Shown: piece by piece, positions 58,401 to 64,000 of the stretch
Numbering within the stretch: position 1 is the first letter of the stretch
Layout: each line of letters starts with the position of its first letter
Assembly (NCBI RefSeq): GCF_032444005.1
Contig: NC_091285.1
Coordinates: 12,338,001 to 12,402,000 of the forward strand
DNA: 64,000 nucleotides
From: Ranitomeya imitator
Lineage: Eukaryota
Direction: 5' to 3'
The notes under the pieces: generated by a model
Told to the model about the DNA's origin: nothing
The model's database searches: none
Seen by the model: the letters and a program-made list of their open reading frames with translations, nothing else
Made by a program: the position numbers and the translations under genes

Positions 58401-59799
58401 CTGGATTGGGGGCTTGTCTACAGCATATGAGGATGCTGATTATCTGGCCTGAAAGCTGGTAGCCTTATCTCATATGGGAAAAACCTGGTGAGTTTTCTTT
58501 TTCTTGCATGTGTTCTCTCTCCATGTTGGATACCTCGTTGTTGATGATGTCCTAATTTACTTGTGGTGGATGTATGACACTCCGACTCTCTTATTTCTCT
58601 CTGTCCTGATCAGTTAGATTTATAGAGCTTGTTGTTTTCTACACTTGTTTCATTGAAGGCAAAGATCTTCTCTACAGAGGGGGATCCTGGCAGTTGTAGG
58701 ATAAATGGTGGCACGGAAATGCAAGAGGAAACTGCTCCGAAGATGACGGATGACCTCATAAATTATAATGCTGTGCTCATCGTTAGAAATACTATTAAAA
58801 ACTGTGGAAAGTAAATTGAACTGCCCTAATTATACTGGAACGATACAAGACAAACTTCCGGAGGCTTCAAGACTCCAAATAGCTGGTTCCCAACTTCTCT
58901 TCCCCATACATGATGTAATTTGGTAGGTAAATCAAACTTTAGAGCAAAGGTATCAACTATTTTTTCTACAGCAGTCCTACTGCTTGTTTCGTCTGTCATT
59001 GAAACAACTGCATTCTCTGGTAACGTAATTTTCAATTTCTTGAGCATTCTTTTGCTTGAAAGCTTCATACAGAGGTCTATAAAATAAGCACTTCTTTAAT
59101 AACCTTCGGTTGTCATCTCAGCCACTGAGGGGCGCTATGCCTGCCTTCCCAGTGCTGATCTCGTGACTCTGGTGCTCATATCCTGTGATGTCACATTAAC
59201 TTCCGGGCTTTTATAGAGGAGTGGCTTGAACTGGAAGGGGGTTGATACGTTTTTATTATTTTTTTTAAAGGGCCATAAGTTGCTGAGGGCAAGATTGCTG
59301 TTGCTGCCACTGTTCCATAGGACAGGCTCTGGCAGAGGTCATACTACATATTTTACAAATCGGTAAAAATGCTCTTCTTAGCAATTTTTTAGGAGAATAT
59401 TTAGCCAAGGAAGACATAATTTAAATTAACTCAAATCTATGGTACATAGATGGGTGCACATCTACATACTGTTACTTCGGCATCCCTGCATTGCTCTTCC
59501 CCATCCCTCCTTCCCCGGCAAGGACGCTGACATGCTCCCCACCATAGTCACTCTTCTGCTGCACCTCCCGGGTTCCAAAACCTGTGCACGCCGTGCAGGT
59601 CTCCTGGCAATGTGCTTAGGATGTGTGCACCTCATTTCTTAAAGGGGTAGCGCTTGCACTGTGGAAGTTTCCACAGTCTATTCCTGGGAGGCATCATGTA
59701 TTTAAGGAACCTTCCCCTTTAGGGAGGTGCTTGAGCAACTTTAGTTTCTAGCTGTTCTAGTTCTAGTCTATTTCATTGTCAGATCCACGTCCACTCTGG

Positions 59800-59981
59800 A
59801 CCAGTATATTTCAGTTTGTATTTTTTAATAAATTTGCAAAAATGTCTACATTTATATTTTTTTCAGTCAAGATGGGGTGCAGAGTGTACATTAATGAGAA
59901 AAAAATGAATTTACTAAATGGCTGCAAAGAAACAAAGACTGAAACATTTAAAGGGGGTCTGAATACTTTCCGCACCCACTG
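59800..59981. mobile_element. Isolated Tc1-type terminal repeat
   Basis: Ends gggggtctgaatactttccgcacccactg|TA. Confidence 0.55.
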
Positions 59982-60267
59982 TATATATGTATATACAGTA
60001 TATATAACTATAGAAACATATGTAAAGTGAGATGTCTCTACATACATCTTATATATGTATTCTAAAATATATATACTATGAAACATATCAGAAAGAGAGA
60101 AAAGCTTTCTTACTATGGTTGTGCAGTGCTTGGTGCTGGGTATCTGACACTGATGTGATCCTTTTCATCAGCAGTCGGAGCTTACAAGGAGAGGTTTGGG
60201 TGCAGTTTTGTGTGAGTGTGATAGGTGCTGACTTACAGACCAGTGCAATGCATGAAAGCATTGCATG

Positions 60268-60902
60268 AAACCAGGGATTCAAGCTTCAGGAGGCTAATTT
60301 GCATATTCCAGGTGCCTTCTGGGAGAAGCGAAGTCTCCCTAAGCTAGAAGATCGTTGGGTACAGCCGGGACCAGCTGCTTCGAAAGCATCACCAAACCAG
60401 GGATTCAAGCTTCAGGAGGCTAATTTGCATATTCCAGGTGCCTTCTGGGAGAAGCGAAGTCTCCCTAAGCTAGAAGATCGTTGGGTACAGCCGGGACCAG
60501 CTGCTTCGAAAGCATCACCAAACCAGGGATTCAAGCTTCAGGAGGCTAATTTGCATATTCCAGGTGCCTTCTGGGAGAAGCGAAGTCTCCCTAAGCTAGA
60601 AGATCGTTGGGTACAGCCGGGACCAGCTGCTTCGAAAGCATCACCAAACCAGGGATTCAAGCTTCAGGAGGCTAATTTGCATATTCCAGGTGCCTTCTGG
60701 GAGAAGCGAAGTCTCCCTAAGCTAGAAGATCGTTGGGTACAGCCGGGACCAGCTGCTTCGAAAGCATCACCAAACCAGGGATTCAAGCTTCAGGAGGCTA
60801 ATTTGCATATTCCAGGTGCCTTCTGGGAGAAGCGAAGTCTCCCTAAGCTAGAAGATCGTTGGGTACAGCCGGGACCAGCTGCTTCGAAAGCATCACCAAA
60901 CC
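60268..60902 (+). repeat. Five identical 126-bp monomers (plus 5 bp) heading the CR1 element
   Basis: Units start at 60268, 60394, 60520, 60646, 60772; each has ATTTGCAT and hairpins GGAGA..TCTCC and TGCTT CGA AAGCA. Confidence 0.95.
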
Positions 60903-61017
60903 GCGCGCCTTATGGCGCGCGAATTTTTGCCTGTAGGACATTATTGCAAGAGAGCTTGGCTGAGTAGATTACACAAGAAGGAAAACACACAGCAAGTCAG
61001 CAGGATCTAGGAGCAAC

Positions 61018-61971
61018 ATGGCAGATGTGACAACCTACATGGTGAGCTGCAGCATGTGCTACATGTTCACAGATCGACCAGAAGAAGAATCCAATTTCAC
61101 CTGTCAGAAGTGTAGACTAGTGGCCCTTTTAGAAGAAAAGGTGCGGGGTCTGGAAGAAAGAATAGCAACTTTGAAACTCATCAAAGAGAATGAAGACTTT
61201 CTAGACAGAACAGAAGCATCTCTACTGGTCACAGAAGGTGCAAAAAGTGTCATAGAACCTCCAAAAGCAGATGAGTGGAAGCATGTGACCAAAAGAAGCA
61301 AGAAGACCATGGAGAAATCACCAACCACACAACTGAAGAACCGATATCAAATCTTTGTAGAGGATGAAGATGGCACACCTAAGAATGAAGCAATACCAGC
61401 AAGCAAAAAAGAAAAGGGCACACAGCAACAAGTGACAGCAAAAAGTACAGCCAAGAAGCAACGAAGAGTGGTGGTGGTGGGAGACTCACTACTGAAAGGC
61501 ACCGAAGCAGCCATCTGCAGACCGGACATAACTGCAAGAGAAGTATGCTGCCTTCCAGGTGCGATGATCAAGGATGTGACCGATAGGATACCAAAGCTCT
61601 TCAGCTCCAAGGACGTCCACCCATTTCTTCTGATACATGTTGGCACCAATGACACGGCAAGGAAGGACCTACCGACAATCTGCAAGGACTTTGAAGAGTT
61701 GGGGAAGAAAGTAAAGGAACTGGATGCACAGGTAGTTTTTTCTTCTATCCTTCCAGTAGACGGGCATGGCACCAGGAGATGGAACAGGATCCTTGATGCA
61801 AACAACTGGCTAAGACGATGGTGCAGACAACAAGGATTTGGATTCCTGGACCACGGTGTGAATTACTGGTATGATGGACTCCTCGCCAGAGACGGACTAC
61901 ACCTCAACAAACCTGGGAAACACACATTCGCCAGAAGACTCGCTACACTCATCAGGAGGGCGTTAAACTAG
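61018..61971 (+). CDS. CR1 ORF1p, 317 aa (zinc finger, leucine zipper, SGNH/GDSL esterase domain)
   Basis: CxxC...CxxC, heptad leucines, VGDS, PGA, HVGTND, DGLH. Confidence 0.9.
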   Translation: MADVTTYMVSCSMCYMFTDRPEEESNFTCQKCRLVALLEEKVRGLEERIATLKLIKENEDFLDRTEASLLVTEGAKSVIEPPKADEWKHVTKRSKKTMEKSPTTQLKNRYQIFVEDEDGTPKNEAIPASKKEKGTQQQVTAKSTAKKQRRVVVVGDSLLKGTEAAICRPDITAREVCCLPGAMIKDVTDRIPKLFSSKDVHPFLLIHVGTNDTARKDLPTICKDFEELGKKVKELDAQVVFSSILPVDGHGTRRWNRILDANNWLRRWCRQQGFGFLDHGVNYWYDGLLARDGLHLNKPGKHTFARRLATLIRRALN

Positions 61972-62108
61972 AAGAAGAGGGGACGGGAAGAAAAACATTA
62001 GACTCGAACAAAGACGACCCAGGAAAACATACTCAGAAGGGAGGTAAGAACATTTCTAAAACAATCCACAGTGAGGAGATTGGAACAAAACAAAATCCTC
62101 TAAACTGC

Positions 62109-64000
62109 ATGCTCGCAAACGCCAGAAGCCTGACAAACAAGATGGAAGAACTAGAAGCAGAAATATCTACAGGTAACTTTGACATAGTGGGAATAACCGA
62201 GACATGGTTAGATGAAAGCTATGACTGGGCAGTTAACTTACAGGGTTACAGTCTGTTTAGAAAGGATCGTAAAAATCGGAGAGGAGGAGGGGTTTGTCTC
62301 TATGTAAAATCTTGTCTAAAGTCCACTTTAAGGGAGGATATTAGCGAAGGGAATGAGGATGTCGAGTCCATATGGGTTGAAATTCATGGAGGGAAAAATG
62401 GTAACAAAATTCTCATTGGGGTCTGTTACAAACCCCCAAATATAACAGAAAGCATGGAAAGTCTACTTCTAAAGCAGATAGATGAAGCTGCAACCCATAA
62501 TGAGGTCCTGGTTATAGGGGACTTTAACTACCCGGATATTAACTGGGAAACAGAAACCTGTGAAACCCATAAAGGCAACAGGAAAAATTATCTTTCACAA
62601 TTGGTGCAGAATCCAACCAGAGGAGCAGCACTTTTAGACCTAATACTATCTAATAGACCTGACAGAATAACAAATCTGCAGGTGGTTGGGCATTTAGGAA
62701 ATAGCGACCACAATATTGTACAGTTTCACCTGTCTTTCACTAGGGGGACTTGTCAGGGAGTCACAAAAACATTGAACTTTAGGAAGGCAAAGTTTGAACA
62801 GCTTAGAGATGCCCTTAATCTGGTAGACTGGGACAATATCCTCAGAAATAAGAATACAGATAATAAATGGGAAATGTTTAAGAACATCCTAAATAGGCAG
62901 TGTAAGCGGTTTATACCTTGTGGGAATAAAAGGACTAGAAATAGGAAAAACCCAATGTGGCTAAACAAAGAAGTAAGACAGGCAATTAACAGTAAAAAGA
63001 AAGCATTTGCACTACTAAAGCAGGATGGCACCATTGAAGCTCTAAAAAACTATAGGGAGAAAAATACTTTATCTAAAAAACTAATTAAAGTTGCCAAAAA
63101 GGAAACAGAGAAGCACATTGCTAAGGAGAGTAAAACTAATCCCAAACTGTTCTTCAACTATATCAATAGTAAAAGAATAAAAACTGAAAATGTAGGCCCC
63201 TTAAAAAATAGTGAGGAAAGAATGGTTGTAGATGACGAGGAAAAAGCTAACATATTAAACACCTTCTTCTCCACGGTATTCACGGTGGAAAATGAAATGC
63301 TAGGTGAAATCCCAAGAAACAATGAAAACCCTATATTAAGGGTCACCAATCTAACCCAAGAAGAGGTGCGAAACCGGCTAAATAAGATTAAAATAGATAA
63401 ATCTCCGGGTCCGGATGGCATACACCCACGAGTACTAAGAGAACTAAGTAATGTAATAGATAAACCATTATTTCTTATTTTTAGTGACTCTATAGCGACA
63501 GGGTCTGTTCCGCAGGACTGGCGCATAGCAAATGTGGTGCCAATATTCAAAAAGGGCTCTAAAAGTGAACCTGGAAATTATAGGCCAGTAAGTCTAACCT
63601 CTATTGTTGGTAAAATATTTGAAGGGTTTCTGAGGGATGTTATTCTGGATTATCTCAATGAGAATAACTGTGTAACTCCATATCAGCATGGGTTTATGAG
63701 AAATCGCTCCTGTCAAACCAATCTAATCAGTTTTTATGAAGAGGTAAGCTATAGGCTGGACCACGGTGAGTCATTGGACGTGGTATATCTCGATTTTTCC
63801 AAAGCGTTTGATACCGTGCCGCACAAGAGGTTGGTACACAAAATGAGAATGCTTGGTCTGGGGGAAAATGTGTGTAAATGGGTTAGTAACTGGCTTAGTG
63901 ATAGAAAGCAGAGGGTGGTTATAAATGGTATAGTCTCTAACTGGGTCGCTGTGACCAGTGGGGTACCGCAGGGGTCAGTATTGGGACCTGTTCTCTTCAA
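62109..64000 (+). CDS. CR1 ORF2p (APE endonuclease plus RT), partial, open to the window end
   Basis: Hand translation shows no stop from ATG 62109 to 64000: NARS, ETW, GDFN, SDH, KSPGPDG, YRPVSL, LDFSKAFD, GVPQGSVLGP; missing from the track, probably because it lacks a stop; apparent ~6-codon in-frame deletion near 62583. Confidence 0.88.
   Translation, partial: MLANARSLTNKMEELEAEISTGNFDIVGITETWLDESYDWAVNLQGYSLFRKDRKNRRGGGVCLYVKSCLKSTLREDISEGNEDVESIWVEIHGGKNGNKILIGVCYKPPNITESMESLLLKQIDEAATHNEVLVIGDFNYPDINWETETCETHKGNRKNYLSQLVQNPTRGAALLDLILSNRPDRITNLQVVGHLGNSDHNIVQFHLSFTRGTCQGVTKTLNFRKAKFEQLRDALNLVDWDNILRNKNTDNKWEMFKNILNRQCKRFIPCGNKRTRNRKNPMWLNKEVRQAINSKKKAFALLKQDGTIEALKNYREKNTLSKKLIKVAKKETEKHIAKESKTNPKLFFNYINSKRIKTENVGPLKNSEERMVVDDEEKANILNTFFSTVFTVENEMLGEIPRNNENPILRVTNLTQEEVRNRLNKIKIDKSPGPDGIHPRVLRELSNVIDKPLFLIFSDSIATGSVPQDWRIANVVPIFKKGSKSEPGNYRPVSLTSIVGKIFEGFLRDVILDYLNENNCVTPYQHGFMRNRSCQTNLISFYEEVSYRLDHGESLDVVYLDFSKAFDTVPHKRLVHKMRMLGLGENVCKWVSNWLSDRKQRVVINGIVSNWVAVTSGVPQGSVLGPVLF

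Larger units (their letters stand above)
60268..64000 (+). mobile_element. CR1-clade LINE (5' UTR array, ORF1, ORF2), running off the window end
   Basis: Esterase-type ORF1 followed by APE-RT ORF2. Confidence 0.92.

Noticed and set aside
58140-59770. Possible DIRS gag or LTR remnants (ORF 58826-59068)
   Set aside because: Only a faint resemblance; no boundaries, RT or recombinase motifs found.
60268-60902. CRISPR-like array (also considered for the 30-bp arrays)
   Set aside because: Head-to-tail repeats without unique spacers, no cas genes, eukaryotic context.
60299-60967. 222-aa ORF of 42-aa repeats
   Set aside because: Follows from the 126-bp period being a multiple of 3; stops before ORF1; no recognisable domain. 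A uORF role cannot be excluded.

Overview
Eukaryotic, repeat-dense genomic DNA, almost certainly from a frog (inferred from the amphibian-type MITEs, Tc1, CR1 and Penelope remnants; species not determinable). The backbone is a tandem cluster of four co-oriented (+) TRIM genes, each with a single coding exon (RING, B-box1, B-box2, coiled coil, acidic 30-bp VNTR linker, PRY/SPRY; TRIM25/TRIM16/finTRIM-like). Three are intact (A 6584-8191, C 36399-38078, D 52576-54216). One is a pseudogene (B, ~19490-19514 plus 26964-28725) split by a 7.4-kb PIF/Harbinger transposon. The paralogues sit in duplicated ~8-16 kb units with minisatellite arrays upstream and a shared 2-4 kb 3' flank. They look mosaic, with near-identical RINGs, divergent SPRY loops and apparent conversion tracts that include the pseudogene. 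Between them lie an intact-looking Tc1, a decayed Chapaev3-like element, a Penelope-like RT remnant, a young but defective BEL/Pao LTR element, a solo LTR, several MITEs and the 5' part of a CR1 LINE headed by five identical 126-bp octamer-containing monomers. Several minimal hammerhead-ribozyme motifs of the Penelope type are present, one with all helices intact (43896-43939, U3-A8 core variant). Most long ORFs in the supplied track are minisatellite artefacts. No prokaryotic features, rRNA, tRNA or CRISPR array are supported.
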